Shown: positions 43,951 to 53,271, numbered from the stretch's first letter. The stretch is DNA of 64,000 nt from a virus (IMGVR_UViG_3300029922_000014:64001-128000); one strand, 5' to 3'. Program-made: numbers and translations. Notes: generated by a model from the letters alone, not told the origin.

Positions 43951-43956
43951 GGCAGG

Positions 43957-44040
43957 CTCCAGGTCCGGGGGACCGTTGGGGTATGGCTGCATCATGGCGG
44001 GATTGACACGATGTCAATCGCTGTTTTCCGCGTCATGCGG
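43957..44040 (-). promoter_or_regulatory. Expression cassette 3: Box B (44028-40), Box A (44004-16), -10 CATGAT, Box C, SD
   Basis: All elements read directly. Confidence 0.8.
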
Positions 44041-44051
44041 AAAGCACCGCA

Positions 44052-44543
44052 TCAGCGACGGGGGACGCCCGGTCCTTGGATCCTGGCGCTCTGGGCCATG
44101 TGCTGCTTGAACTGTTCCGACAGCACATCGGCAAACTGGCGATTGCCGTCGTTCTGGGCGGTCTGGCAGCAGGGTCCGTAGTAGGCGATGGCCTCGTCGA
44201 GGTTGTTCGCGCCGATCAGCGGGAAGTCCAGCATGGCGTTGGTCTTGCGCACGCGGCCGAGCGGATCCTTGGCCGTCAATTCCATCTGCTGGCGCCCGAT
44301 GAAGGGGTGGAACTCCAGCGGGAAGATGCCGGTGATCACACGGCGATGGATGATGCGCGCCACGGGGCCATAGCCGTAGACGTGCTCCTCGTACGTGAAG
44401 GCCTGCGCGAGCCCCGCCAGAGCCTCCAAAGACAGCCCGGTGCCTTCGGGAGGGGCCGCCGCTTCCGGTGCCGTCTGAGAGGCTTCCTGTGGCTGCACGG
44501 GAGCTTCCGGGGCGGTGGTATCGGCGGCGTTCTCGGTGTTCAT
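44052..44543 (-). CDS. Hypothetical protein
   Basis: ATGA-coupled. Confidence 0.55.
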   Translation of the reverse strand: MNTENAADTTAPEAPVQPQEASQTAPEAAAPPEGTGLSLEALAGLAQAFTYEEHVYGYGPVARIIHRRVITGIFPLEFHPFIGRQQMELTAKDPLGRVRKTNAMLDFPLIGANNLDEAIAYYGPCCQTAQNDGNRQFADVLSEQFKQHMAQSARIQGPGVPRR

Positions 44544-44839
44544 GGGGATGCCTTGACTGATGGCTTGTGGTTGATGCGCGGACGGCGCACGGGGGTCTGA
44601 CGGAGGTTGCGGGATTCGTTGTACTGCCGGATCAGGTCGACGTAGACATCGACGTTCTCTGCCAGCGTGATGATCGCTTTGCGGATGGCCTTCTCGGACA
44701 TCGTCTTCGGCATGGTGACGGCGACCTTGATTGGGCAATTCTCGAAGCTCAGGAAGTCGACAGTGAACGTCGCACCGTCGTCATCACGGACGATGACGCC
44801 TGCATCATTTTCCTCTTCAGTCAAGATGGTCTTGTTCAC
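44540..44839 (-). CDS. Hypothetical protein
   Basis: ORF in operon. Confidence 0.55.
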   Translation of the reverse strand: MNKTILTEEENDAGVIVRDDDGATFTVDFLSFENCPIKVAVTMPKTMSEKAIRKAIITLAENVDVYVDLIRQYNESRNLRQTPVRRPRINHKPSVKASP

Positions 44840-44860
44840 GGGTTCAGATTGTAGTAAATG

Positions 44861-45430
44861 TCAATAGTGTTTCAATAGATTGTTTCGCGCGCAATTGCCT
44901 GCAAATAGTTTGAGGAGGCTTTCGACATCTTTCACCATGTCCATTTCACGTAGCGGATTGAAATGAATGGCGTGGCCGCCGTTCTGGATGAACTCGCGCA
45001 CGTTGGTGCGATTGTCGTCGATCAGAATCGTATTCGACTGGGCCAGGAAACGGCGATGGCTGGTGATGTAGTACGGCGCCCCGGCGGCATTCTTCTTGAA
45101 CCACAGCATCATTCCGCGCGGCGCCCACAGGTAATCACGCGGGTCGGTGACAAAGCGCAATTCGCCATAACGGACAACGGCACGAAACAGTTCTCCGTAG
45201 TGGGCGAATGGCTTCATCTCAGACCAGAACGTGATGCCTTTGGCGTCGATGATCTCAACCAATTGAGGGTAGGTCATGCCGAATGAGTTCTGCACATTCT
45301 GACGGTCGAGGTCGGGGTGCGCGTACAGTTCTTCACGCCCAACCAATCGCAGACATTCTCGCATCCACGGTGCGCAGACATCATGCACGTCCAGGTAGAT
45401 CACCGGCGGAGGTGGATCATGAAGCGGCAT
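44861..45430 (-). CDS. HAD-family 5'(3')-deoxyribonucleotidase-like protein
   Basis: IYLDVHDV, FW..MKP, ILIDDN..NV.EF...GG.AI.F. Confidence 0.75.
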   Translation of the reverse strand: MPLHDPPPPVIYLDVHDVCAPWMRECLRLVGREELYAHPDLDRQNVQNSFGMTYPQLVEIIDAKGITFWSEMKPFAHYGELFRAVVRYGELRFVTDPRDYLWAPRGMMLWFKKNAAGAPYYITSHRRFLAQSNTILIDDNRTNVREFIQNGGHAIHFNPLREMDMVKDVESLLKLFAGNCARNNLLKHY

Positions 45431-45622
45431 CGGTGTCCTTAACGGCGAGCGCCACAACGCGCCCGTAGGGGGAGCGGCCAAAACGTCGAGAGACGATCTT
45501 GAACGGGGTGCGCCAGAGGAACCATGCCAGGATCCGTAGTGGGCGGGGGTACATGTCGACGGCGCGGGCAACACCAACCACCTTGAATCCAGGCGGGGCT
45601 TTTGGTGCTCCAATGCGCGGTT

Positions 45623-45856
45623 TCACAGTGCCCTCAACTGGTCCAGGCGGAAGAAGTCCGTCTTCCAGGCCGGGGCATTCGTTTGCGGGTCCATGTACGG
45701 GATCTTGAGATACACCGCATGCGCCTTGTCGCTGTCGTAGGTGAAGCTCATGATCGTGCCCAACATACGGAAGCTCAGACTCTTTTCGTCGAGCACACGC
45801 ATGCGCATGCCAACACGGAGATTCGCGCGGTCGGGAATGTCCAGGGTGACGTTCAT
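45623..45856 (-). CDS. Hypothetical protein
   Basis: ATGA-coupled. Confidence 0.45.
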   Translation of the reverse strand: MNVTLDIPDRANLRVGMRMRVLDEKSLSFRMLGTIMSFTYDSDKAHAVYLKIPYMDPQTNAPAWKTDFFRLDQLRAL

Positions 45857-46122
45857 AGGGATCGAATCTCGCCTTCGCCAGTGGACAGGTATGCTTTTGC
45901 GCGTTCCGCTTCAACGGACATTCGGTGCAGGTATGCCCGTCCGTCCTCCATGCAATAGACCGTAGTGGTGATGCGCCGCCCGGCGCCGGCATCAACGACC
46001 AGTCGCCGTTCCTGCGGAAGACAGTTGCACACCGCACACAGTTTCTTTTGTGCCGGTGTGACATTTTCGACTTCGATGGAGATTGACCGAAACCATAGCC
46101 CCGGCTTGCGGCGGGAGGTCAT
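45853..46122 (-). CDS. Hypothetical protein
   Basis: Coupled to neighbours. Confidence 0.45.
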   Translation of the reverse strand: MTSRRKPGLWFRSISIEVENVTPAQKKLCAVCNCLPQERRLVVDAGAGRRITTTVYCMEDGRAYLHRMSVEAERAKAYLSTGEGEIRSL

Positions 46123-46484
46123 CAGTTATCGAACCATATGACAACCAGAGGATCGCGCGTGAGCTTGCGCGCATCGGCCAGAACCTGAACGAACGACACC
46201 TCGTCATCGGATGGATCCGGGGGATCGAAGTGATGAGGCTCTGCCTGCCTGACCGTGGCCTCAAGCTCATCAGGCGTCAGCGCCTGGATTCCAAAAAAAT
46301 CGTACTCCATAAAATCTGCAAGCCCATCGACGTAGTGCCAGTGGTCACGCTCTGCATTGAGAAGGGCAGGAAAAATATTGACGTACCGTGGCAAATGGTA
46401 GTCGGAATGCGCCGACGGCCATATGCGAGGATACTTCCCGTACTCATCTTTCTGGATGAGTTTGATGTTGATGTCAGTGCCCAT
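46122..46484 (-). CDS. Hypothetical protein
   Basis: MGTDI start and V.WFDN end, typical of a common phage family. Confidence 0.6.
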   Translation of the reverse strand: MGTDINIKLIQKDEYGKYPRIWPSAHSDYHLPRYVNIFPALLNAERDHWHYVDGLADFMEYDFFGIQALTPDELEATVRQAEPHHFDPPDPSDDEVSFVQVLADARKLTRDPLVVIWFDN

Positions 46485-46487
46485 GGC

Positions 46488-46937
46488 TCAGGAGACCGTA
46501 GTGATGCCGACGCGGGTTTCCGGCTTCTCGGATGCAGCCTGGATACCTTCGACGTAAGCGGCCTCATCGAACGGGACGCCCTGCACGGTGGCGAGTTGCT
46601 GGGCGGTCGTAGTGGCGACTTCCTTCCACTTCGGACGGCGGCCAGTGGTTTCCTCGACGAAGGGGGCGAAGCGGCCGGGCTCGAAGGACAGGCCCTGGTC
46701 GGTGGCGGCCTTGATCTGGATCTGGATGTGCTTGAAGGCCTTCTCGGCTTCGCCGCGTAGCGCATTCAGCAGGTACGCGGCTTCGAGCGAATCCTGACTG
46801 GTGACATCGCCAGGAGCGGCGTTGCCGAGCGCTTCCAGGACGTTGACGAGATTGGAAACGCTGGCCTCGACGCGCCGGGCCAGGGTCGGCTTCTTGGGTT
46901 TGACTGCGGGAACGGTGGCGAGCTTGCGGACGGCCAT
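46488..46937 (-). CDS. Hypothetical protein
   Basis: AGGA SD, high GC3. Confidence 0.6.
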   Translation of the reverse strand: MAVRKLATVPAVKPKKPTLARRVEASVSNLVNVLEALGNAAPGDVTSQDSLEAAYLLNALRGEAEKAFKHIQIQIKAATDQGLSFEPGRFAPFVEETTGRRPKWKEVATTTAQQLATVQGVPFDEAAYVEGIQAASEKPETRVGITTVS

Positions 46938-46970
46938 GGCGTATTCCTGGTAATGTGGTGCAACACTGAA

Positions 46971-46997
46971 GCCCATCCGCCATGACAGCGGATGGGC
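46971..46997 (-). terminator. Strong hairpin, possible terminator or stability element
   Basis: GCCCATCCGC-N7-GCGGATGGGC with a weak U-tract. Confidence 0.5.
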
Positions 46998-47015
46998 CAG
47001 GAACAGAGCGGATGA

Positions 47016-47444
47016 TCAGACCTTGAACTTTTCCAAGAGCAGGTTGAAGGCGAAGGCATAGGCCTTGGCCTTGGTTTCCTTGGTCGGGACCAAGCCCTTG
47101 ATGGCCTTGTACTGGGCGTGGCCTTCGGGGCAGGTCACCTTGAGAAGATCCGCGATGTTGTGGGCAAAGAAGTCGACCGCCTTGGCCACCTTCTCCGGAG
47201 TGGCACCTTCGGGCATGACGGTGGGATATTTCTCCCCGTCGGTGGTCTGGGCAGCCGGGACGGTCGCCTTGGCAGCGGTTTTGGCCTTGGCGTCCGCGAT
47301 GGCGTTGACGGTCGGCATGAAGATGACCTGTTCATCGGCGGTCATGGGCGCGAAGCCCTTTTCCTGGAGTTTCGCGTTGATTTCCGCGAGGGGCTTGGCC
47401 ATCTCGACGAGGAGGGTGATGATGTCGGTACGGGTGGCTTTCAT
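47016..47444 (-). CDS. Hypothetical early protein
   Basis: Behind cassette 4; strong codon bias. Confidence 0.7.
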   Translation of the reverse strand: MKATRTDIITLLVEMAKPLAEINAKLQEKGFAPMTADEQVIFMPTVNAIADAKAKTAAKATVPAAQTTDGEKYPTVMPEGATPEKVAKAVDFFAHNIADLLKVTCPEGHAQYKAIKGLVPTKETKAKAYAFAFNLLLEKFKV

Positions 47445-47450
47445 GGGAGG

Positions 47451-47536
47451 CTCCTTGGTCCATTGGACCGTTGGTGTGATGAGCGAAGCATATGCGGACT
47501 GACATCGTGTCAATGCCTCTTTTCCGCATAGCGCGT
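47451..47536 (-). promoter_or_regulatory. Expression cassette 4: Box B (47524-36), Box A (47500-12), -10 TATGCT, Box C, SD
   Basis: Its 64-bp core is near-identical to 48940-49003. Confidence 0.85.
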
Positions 47537-47546
47537 AAAATGCTCT

Positions 47547-47774
47547 TTAAGCAATGCGGTCCTGGTCCAGCAGAGCAAAAACCACCGGTTCTTGGGTGGT
47601 CGGGCAGACAGAATAGAAATTGAAGACACTGGGGCGGGTAAAACGCCGAGCGAGAAGACCGTGCCGCAAACTGCAACGGGGGCAGGATTCGACGACGATA
47701 TTTACCGCAGTAAGAGGAATGCGAATAACAAACTCTTTCTTAGGTTCAGCCGCTGGTTTGGTTGCGGATCCCAT
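47547..47774 (-). CDS. Small zinc-ribbon hypothetical protein
   Basis: CPRC..H...CPTT.EP. Confidence 0.45.
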   Translation of the reverse strand: MGSATKPAAEPKKEFVIRIPLTAVNIVVESCPRCSLRHGLLARRFTRPSVFNFYSVCPTTQEPVVFALLDQDRIA

Positions 47775-48106
47775 CCATCCTTGCAGGCTTCTGCAACGGT
47801 GACGGCAAACAGGACAACATCCGAATCTTCAAAGACGCGGTTGTCGATGCTCCGAGACAGGATTTTGTAGTCGAGCATCAGACTTCCGCGCGATCAGTGC
47901 TTTTTTGCGCGCTCACGCGGATCGGTGGCCTTGACCGATTCGTCGGCGTGGCCGTCGGTGGTCTTCGGACGGATCACGGGGGCGTTGGTGGCAGCATCAT
48001 GGCCGCCGACGGAGTCCAGGTCTTCGACGATGGGTCCGCGGGCGGGCGGTGGGATCTGGCGCTTCTCGTTCATGGGTTCTCCGGGCGACAGTATCCGCGC
48101 CATGCG

Positions 48107-48397
48107 TCAGTGTGCAACGTAGTCGTTGCCGAATAGCTCGTCGAGCAGCGAACGGTCACCGGTACAGGACCATTCCCGGCACTGATGCGGGGCGGTGCTG
48201 TAACACCACACGAAGCCTTCCCGGCCATCGTCGTGCTGGAACCCCCAGGACGCGCCGACCTTGTCAGCATCGTCCAGGGCAGTCGCATTCGGCATGCCGA
48301 GGATGGTGATCAGCGTGCGAAAGTCGGCGGTGATGGTACCGGTGCGGGATGCGCCGGTCTTCGGGATGGGGTTGATCATGGCGGCAATCGCGCTCAC
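48107..48397 (-). CDS. Hypothetical protein
   Basis: Coupled to the upstream gene. Confidence 0.55.
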   Translation of the reverse strand: MSAIAAMINPIPKTGASRTGTITADFRTLITILGMPNATALDDADKVGASWGFQHDDGREGFVWCYSTAPHQCREWSCTGDRSLLDELFGNDYVAH

Positions 48398-48933
48398 AGC
48401 AGCACCGGTTCCAGGCCAAAATCCGCGTCATCAGAAGGGGACGCGTCCAGCACGATCTTCCGCTTGCGGCGGTTCTTCCTGCCCTTGTCCGCGCGCGGGG
48501 TCTGTTCGTGATCGAACCAGGAACCGTACAGCCCGGAACCGGGGTGCAGAGCCTGCTGCAAGGCGTTTCCGAGCCCCCAAACCTTGTGGAGGAGGTCCAG
48601 GTACCCTTTGCGCTCCGGAATGTCCTTGGCGCGTTCTTTGGCGGCGTCCTTGAAGTTGGAATAGTCGATGGCCTCCGCGAGGTGCGACATGACCAGCATC
48701 AGTTCGACCTTGGTGACGAAGATGCGGAAGGCGTAATCGCGGCCGGGGATCTCGTGGATCTCGCGACCATCGAGCAAAGGGACAACGCGGATGAGCGTGA
48801 CCATGCTTTCGAGGGTGCGCGCACGGATGACGCGTTCGTCGGGAGACGCCCGGGTGAAGGACACCTTGCCGCGGGTGATGGTCTCTTTCTCAGCGACGAC
48901 TGAGAACATCCCGAAAGTCGTTAGAACCCACAT
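48394..48933 (-). CDS. Conserved hypothetical phage protein (MWxxTxxGxFSVV family)
   Basis: MWVLTTFGMFSVV...IRAR...DYAFR...IDYSNFK. Confidence 0.7.
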   Translation of the reverse strand: MWVLTTFGMFSVVAEKETITRGKVSFTRASPDERVIRARTLESMVTLIRVVPLLDGREIHEIPGRDYAFRIFVTKVELMLVMSHLAEAIDYSNFKDAAKERAKDIPERKGYLDLLHKVWGLGNALQQALHPGSGLYGSWFDHEQTPRADKGRKNRRKRKIVLDASPSDDADFGLEPVLL

Positions 48934-48939
48934 TTTTGA

Positions 48940-49023
48940 CTCCTTGGTCCTTTGGACCGTTGGTGTGATGAGCAAAGCGTATACAGACTGACACGATGTC
49001 AATCAAGTTTCTGCATAGCGCGG
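48940..49023 (-). promoter_or_regulatory. Expression cassette 5: Box B (49011-23), Box A (48989-49001), -10 TACGCT, Box C, SD
   Basis: All elements read directly. Confidence 0.85.
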
Positions 49024-49578
49024 CAAATGCCGATAAGTTTGACCGCGACGGATGTATTCGATCACATCGCGTGACACTCCGTACGTTTGGGCTAACGCTG
49101 TGATCGAATCAGCAGAAGCAATGATCTCCGCAGCCTGCGCATTGGTCAGGAGCGCTTTGCAATGCTCCTCGCCCCAGGGCATGCGCCCGTTGCGTATAGC
49201 ATCAGCAGCATTGGCCGCCTGTGTGTCGTATCGCAAATTGTCTAGACGGTTGTCAAATGGGTTGTCGTTCGCGTGGCACATGACCGCCCTGGAAGGGCGC
49301 GGGCCGACAAACGCCCGTAGAACAATCAGCCCAACCGGCCTGACGAGTCTATTTGCGCGCCCGTTACGCAAATTGCAAATCGGAATCGCGCGACGCCTGT
49401 ACCCAACCCGTGCAACAGTCAATTTCAGTTCAGCCGGCTCCTGATCCAGTTCGATCGTCGAAGTCCTGAACCCCTGGTGCTTGAACGAAAACACACGCCC
49501 GTGATCAGTAACGTAATAACCGTCCCAGCCCACAACCGGAAGCTGGTGCTCACCATCTCGAAGATGAGCAATCCACAT
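49003..49578 (-). CDS. NUMOD4/HNH homing endonuclease
   Basis: PVVGWDG.Y.VTDHGRV.S, AFVGPRP....CH.ND...DNRLDNLRYDT..AN. Confidence 0.85.
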   Translation of the reverse strand: MWIAHLRDGEHQLPVVGWDGYYVTDHGRVFSFKHQGFRTSTIELDQEPAELKLTVARVGYRRRAIPICNLRNGRANRLVRPVGLIVLRAFVGPRPSRAVMCHANDNPFDNRLDNLRYDTQAANAADAIRNGRMPWGEEHCKALLTNAQAAEIIASADSITALAQTYGVSRDVIEYIRRGQTYRHLPRYAET

Positions 49579-49584
49579 ATAAGA

Positions 49585-49669
49585 CTCCTGGTCCAGGGGA
49601 CCGCTGGTGATGGGGGGTCATCATGCACGGACTGACACGATGTCAATCGCTGTTTTCCGCGTCACGCGG
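49585..49669 (-). promoter_or_regulatory. Expression cassette 6: Box B (49657-69), Box A (49633-45), -10 CATGAT, Box C, SD
   Basis: All elements read directly. Confidence 0.8.
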
Positions 49670-50174
49670 GAAGCGGGTAACTGGCGCGGTCGGCGTTCCG
49701 GATCAGGTTGCAACGCATGACGTACAGCGCCATTTCCATGTCGCGGCGGTTTGGGCGACTCGGGCGCGGCTTGGAACGCCGCCCGCCTGCCCGACGGTGG
49801 TTCTTCATGTACTGGCTCAATATCTTGCCGCAGACGTCCCAGTCGGGGATGGTCTCGCGGGCGACGCGCATCTGCCATTGGTAGTTGGCGTAAAAGGCCA
49901 CGTGTGCGCAAGACGGTGCACCGTACTCGACGCGCAGTTCGTTCTTGCACGGACGCGGACCGAATTGCCCGAATCCCGGAATGGTCACCGGTCGGCCGAG
50001 CACTACCTGTTCCATGATCGCTTCGCACAGATAAGTCAGCGCGATGCCCATCTCGTATTCGTTCTTGCCGGAGGCGCGGGCGGCTTGAACCAGCGCATCC
50101 CCAAGCCCGTCGATTGGATTCGAGCGGACGCTGGTGATGCGGGTGGTATTGTTCTGTGGAATGCCTTTGGGCAT
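49662..50174 (-). CDS. HU/IHF-like DNA-binding protein (divergent)
   Basis: EAIMEQVVLGRPVTIPGFGQFGPR. Confidence 0.55.
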   Translation of the reverse strand: MPKGIPQNNTTRITSVRSNPIDGLGDALVQAARASGKNEYEMGIALTYLCEAIMEQVVLGRPVTIPGFGQFGPRPCKNELRVEYGAPSCAHVAFYANYQWQMRVARETIPDWDVCGKILSQYMKNHRRAGGRRSKPRPSRPNRRDMEMALYVMRCNLIRNADRASYPLPA

Positions 50175-50176
50175 GA

Positions 50177-53100
50177 CTACGCCTTCTTGGCGCGGAGTGT
50201 TTCCAAGTCTTCGTTCAACTGCTTGCGCTCTTCGGAATCTTCGATGCCGTCGGTGATGTCCTGACCCATCCACAGCGGGGGCAGGGTCGACGGGTCGGTC
50301 TGCTGCACGATCTGATCGTCCAGGTGTGCTTCTGCGATGTCACCGATGATCTTGCGCAGCGCAGGGGAACGGTGGATCGACTCGGCAATGCGCTTCTTCT
50401 CCCCTGACGACAGGCAGTAGTAGCCTTCGGTACCAGTCATGCGCGCCGCTTCCAGAATAGCCTTCTGATTCGTCAGCGACTCCTCAGGCGTGTTTCCGCC
50501 GCCCGTCACACTGGTAGCTTCGGGACCGGCCACCTCTTTCGAGAGCAGACGCAAGACGACGTCTTCGGGAAGCTTGGCGTATTGGGTGAGGATGTAGACG
50601 CTCCACACCTTGGGATTCACGCCGAGGGTCTGGCCAAACTGGGCCATCGCACCCATGAGTTCGCTGCGAAGCTGAATCAATTCGAGGCGTTCGAGTTCGT
50701 CGAGGTAGGAGCTTGGCGGGACGCAAACGAGGTAACGGTTCTCTTCGGCGGTGGGATCGTAGTCGGAGTTTCCGACGGCGAGCAGGGTGTAATGGATGTC
50801 GAGGGTCTGACGGATGCCGTATTTGTAGGCCTTCTGAATGCGTTTGATGGTGCGGGCAAAGCGCACATCCTGCTGGAGCAGGGTAGCTTTTGCGTTGACA
50901 TCCCCTTCAAAGCCGATATAGGCAGCCGGAATCTTCGCCACACCGCAGAAGATTTTCCGGTTCATGTCCACGTCTTGGATCTCACCGGCATTGCCAGCAC
51001 CAGACATCGGTTCGATGCGCGTTTCGGAGTCGGCACCGCGCACAGGCAGGAAGACATCTTCCCACGGGGTCAGGGGATTGAATTGTTTCCTGTAATTGGG
51101 GCTCGCCGGGTCAATATACTCGTTCTTCCGAAAGGCTTTCTTAAATTGATTCACGTAGTCCATCGCCTCGGACTCTTCCATATTACCAACATCAACAAGC
51201 ACCATGTTACGGTCTGGCGCACGGCGAAGGCGATACATAAGCACAGCATCCATGCTCAGCGTATTGTGTGAAACAACGCCATTAGCAACGAAGTTGTGAA
51301 GATCGTCGGCAACGGTGATGTCATACGTCTCCCCTTCCCCTATAGGCTCGACGTGCGTTACAGGTTCGTAGACAACAGGAGCATCAGTCGCCTCGTCACT
51401 GACAAAAATACGGAATGCGCGCAGCGCCTTGGCGCGCTTTCCGCGAATTGTGGTCTCCCTGTCGATTGACTTGATCTCGCGACTGACTCTGTATCCCGAC
51501 ATCTGCGCCAACGTCCAGCAGCCCCGCATCAGTTCTTCGTTGGAAAGCCCAAGACGCCAACCGTTGCTCTGGAAACCTGCGTCGGCATCAAACATCCCTT
51601 GCAAGAAAGCACGCCGCACTTCCAGAGACATCCCATAAAGCCACGACGGAACACGCTTCTTCGCAAAACCGTGAATGAAACCAACAGATTCCAACATGCG
51701 CTTAATCCCAAGCCCGAGAACCTGCACATGCCCGGCGCCGAGCGCATTGAAGGTTGCCGCCCCCCGAGGCTCTGGGGTGCAATTGAACAATTCACGACAC
51801 AGGTCGATGTAGTAGGTGTTGCAGCCATCGTCCTCGCCCAACGCAAATGCGATGCCTTTCGACTCGAACCATCCGTCGCCAAGCATGAAGCCGAGAAACC
51901 GTGCAAAGCGCGCATCGACTTCAAAAGAAAGCGTATCCAGGTCAACCCCGTGCACCGGATTTTTCCCTGTGCGAACCACAAGATCAACCGGAGGAACATC
52001 AATACCGGCAGCGCGCAAGCGCAGATAGTTCGCATGTGATATGCCGTTCTTGCCACGCAAAAAGGCATGCGCAACCTTCTGAATATGCTTATGTCCGACG
52101 AGTTGGGCGGAACGCAGCTTATCCATAATCCCAGGAGGGGTTTCGACAGGCCCGCGCGGGAGCACTGACCATGCATCACCACTCAGCGTAAACCTCCGCG
52201 TAGCGTCCCCATCAACCAAACGAGGGAGCACAAGCGAATCACGATCCCGATAGGCAGGCCAAACCGTCCGATCGGGCGCCGCGACCAGATGATCGGCACG
52301 CTTGTAGAGAAAGTTGCCGTCCTTGTCGCGCGCCAACATCCCATGATTGGCAGTAACGACAATCTGCCGATGCGCGGTCCGAATCCGAACCAGCTTCTGC
52401 ACACCCTGCTTCAAGACCGCAACAATCTCTGTCTTCCGCGTCTCACCCGTAGCCGGGTCGTGAGCGTAAGTGACCTGTCCACGACAAACACTCTCGGCTG
52501 TCGTGGGGCCGTCAGTGGTCCAGATAAGAGTTCCGGCAGCGATGCAATAGGTGCGCCACGGGTTGAACCACGTGTCGAGCAGCGCCGTGCCGTATCCAGT
52601 CTCTTCGTCTTTGCCGAGCAGGCGGAAATGCGTGTAGTCCCAGGGCCAGGAGGTCGCGCGTTTGCCGTTGCGAAACTGGACGCCGTCCTGACGGAATCCG
52701 ACGAGGCGGCCGTATTTGTCCTCGACGCGGTGCATCTTGTCGGTGCGGCAGTACTTCCACCCGATGACACCTTTTCCAGCTTGGTAGATGTTGCGCTGGA
52801 AGCCATCGCCCATCTTGCACATGCGCCGGACCAGCGGGGTGCCGCGGTCTTCGATCATGATGTTGTGCAGGCATTCGTTGCCCGCCTTGATCATCTTCTC
52901 GTTCTTCGATTCGATCCAGACGTGGCGCCCACGTTCATGGTCGGGCTGGGTGGCCTCTTCCGCGTAGATGTCGAGGAAGCTCGACACCATGCCGCTGCCA
53001 TCCATCTCCTCGAAGATGCGGTAGCGTTCGAGCCTGGACCCGGCGATGTGGAAGAGGCGGCGCCACCATTCCTGCGCCTGTTCTTCCGCGTCACTGCGCT

Positions 53101-53248
53101 GTTCACCGTCGGTGTCGTATTGGGTAGCGTGGGTCTGCTTGTCGTACAGCCCGAGCAAACGCCAGTACCACGCCTGCTTGTGCGGGGTTCCGACCAGTTC
53201 GGACTGACCGTTTGTCGAACCTACGGGAGAATCGGGCATCTGCGGCAT
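50177..53248 (-). CDS. T4 gp20-like portal protein with intein
   Basis: DA.L.YRL.RAPDR....VDVGNM, ED.FLPVRG, IE...G..N.GEI.DV, KIP.AYIG, L.QQDVRFARTIKRIQ; follows terL. Confidence 0.9.
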   Translation of the reverse strand: MPQMPDSPVGSTNGQSELVGTPHKQAWYWRLLGLYDKQTHATQYDTDGEQRSDAEEQAQEWWRRLFHIAGSRLERYRIFEEMDGSGMVSSFLDIYAEEATQPDHERGRHVWIESKNEKMIKAGNECLHNIMIEDRGTPLVRRMCKMGDGFQRNIYQAGKGVIGWKYCRTDKMHRVEDKYGRLVGFRQDGVQFRNGKRATSWPWDYTHFRLLGKDEETGYGTALLDTWFNPWRTYCIAAGTLIWTTDGPTTAESVCRGQVTYAHDPATGETRKTEIVAVLKQGVQKLVRIRTAHRQIVVTANHGMLARDKDGNFLYKRADHLVAAPDRTVWPAYRDRDSLVLPRLVDGDATRRFTLSGDAWSVLPRGPVETPPGIMDKLRSAQLVGHKHIQKVAHAFLRGKNGISHANYLRLRAAGIDVPPVDLVVRTGKNPVHGVDLDTLSFEVDARFARFLGFMLGDGWFESKGIAFALGEDDGCNTYYIDLCRELFNCTPEPRGAATFNALGAGHVQVLGLGIKRMLESVGFIHGFAKKRVPSWLYGMSLEVRRAFLQGMFDADAGFQSNGWRLGLSNEELMRGCWTLAQMSGYRVSREIKSIDRETTIRGKRAKALRAFRIFVSDEATDAPVVYEPVTHVEPIGEGETYDITVADDLHNFVANGVVSHNTLSMDAVLMYRLRRAPDRNMVLVDVGNMEESEAMDYVNQFKKAFRKNEYIDPASPNYRKQFNPLTPWEDVFLPVRGADSETRIEPMSGAGNAGEIQDVDMNRKIFCGVAKIPAAYIGFEGDVNAKATLLQQDVRFARTIKRIQKAYKYGIRQTLDIHYTLLAVGNSDYDPTAEENRYLVCVPPSSYLDELERLELIQLRSELMGAMAQFGQTLGVNPKVWSVYILTQYAKLPEDVVLRLLSKEVAGPEATSVTGGGNTPEESLTNQKAILEAARMTGTEGYYCLSSGEKKRIAESIHRSPALRKIIGDIAEAHLDDQIVQQTDPSTLPPLWMGQDITDGIEDSEERKQLNEDLETLRAKKA
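51263..52546 (-). mobile_element. Intein (428 aa) with LAGLIDADG homing endonuclease
   Basis: Y|CIAAGT start, TANH block B, LGFMLGDG and LQGMFDADA blocks, TYDITV...HNFVANGVVSHN|T end. Confidence 0.92.
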
Positions 53249-53271
53249 GGCTCAGAGCGTAGTAACCGTGA

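Noticed and set aside
44845-44864. TTGACA followed by TACAAT as a promoter
   Set aside because: Only 5 bp separate the two hexamers, which does not fit any spacing seen elsewhere
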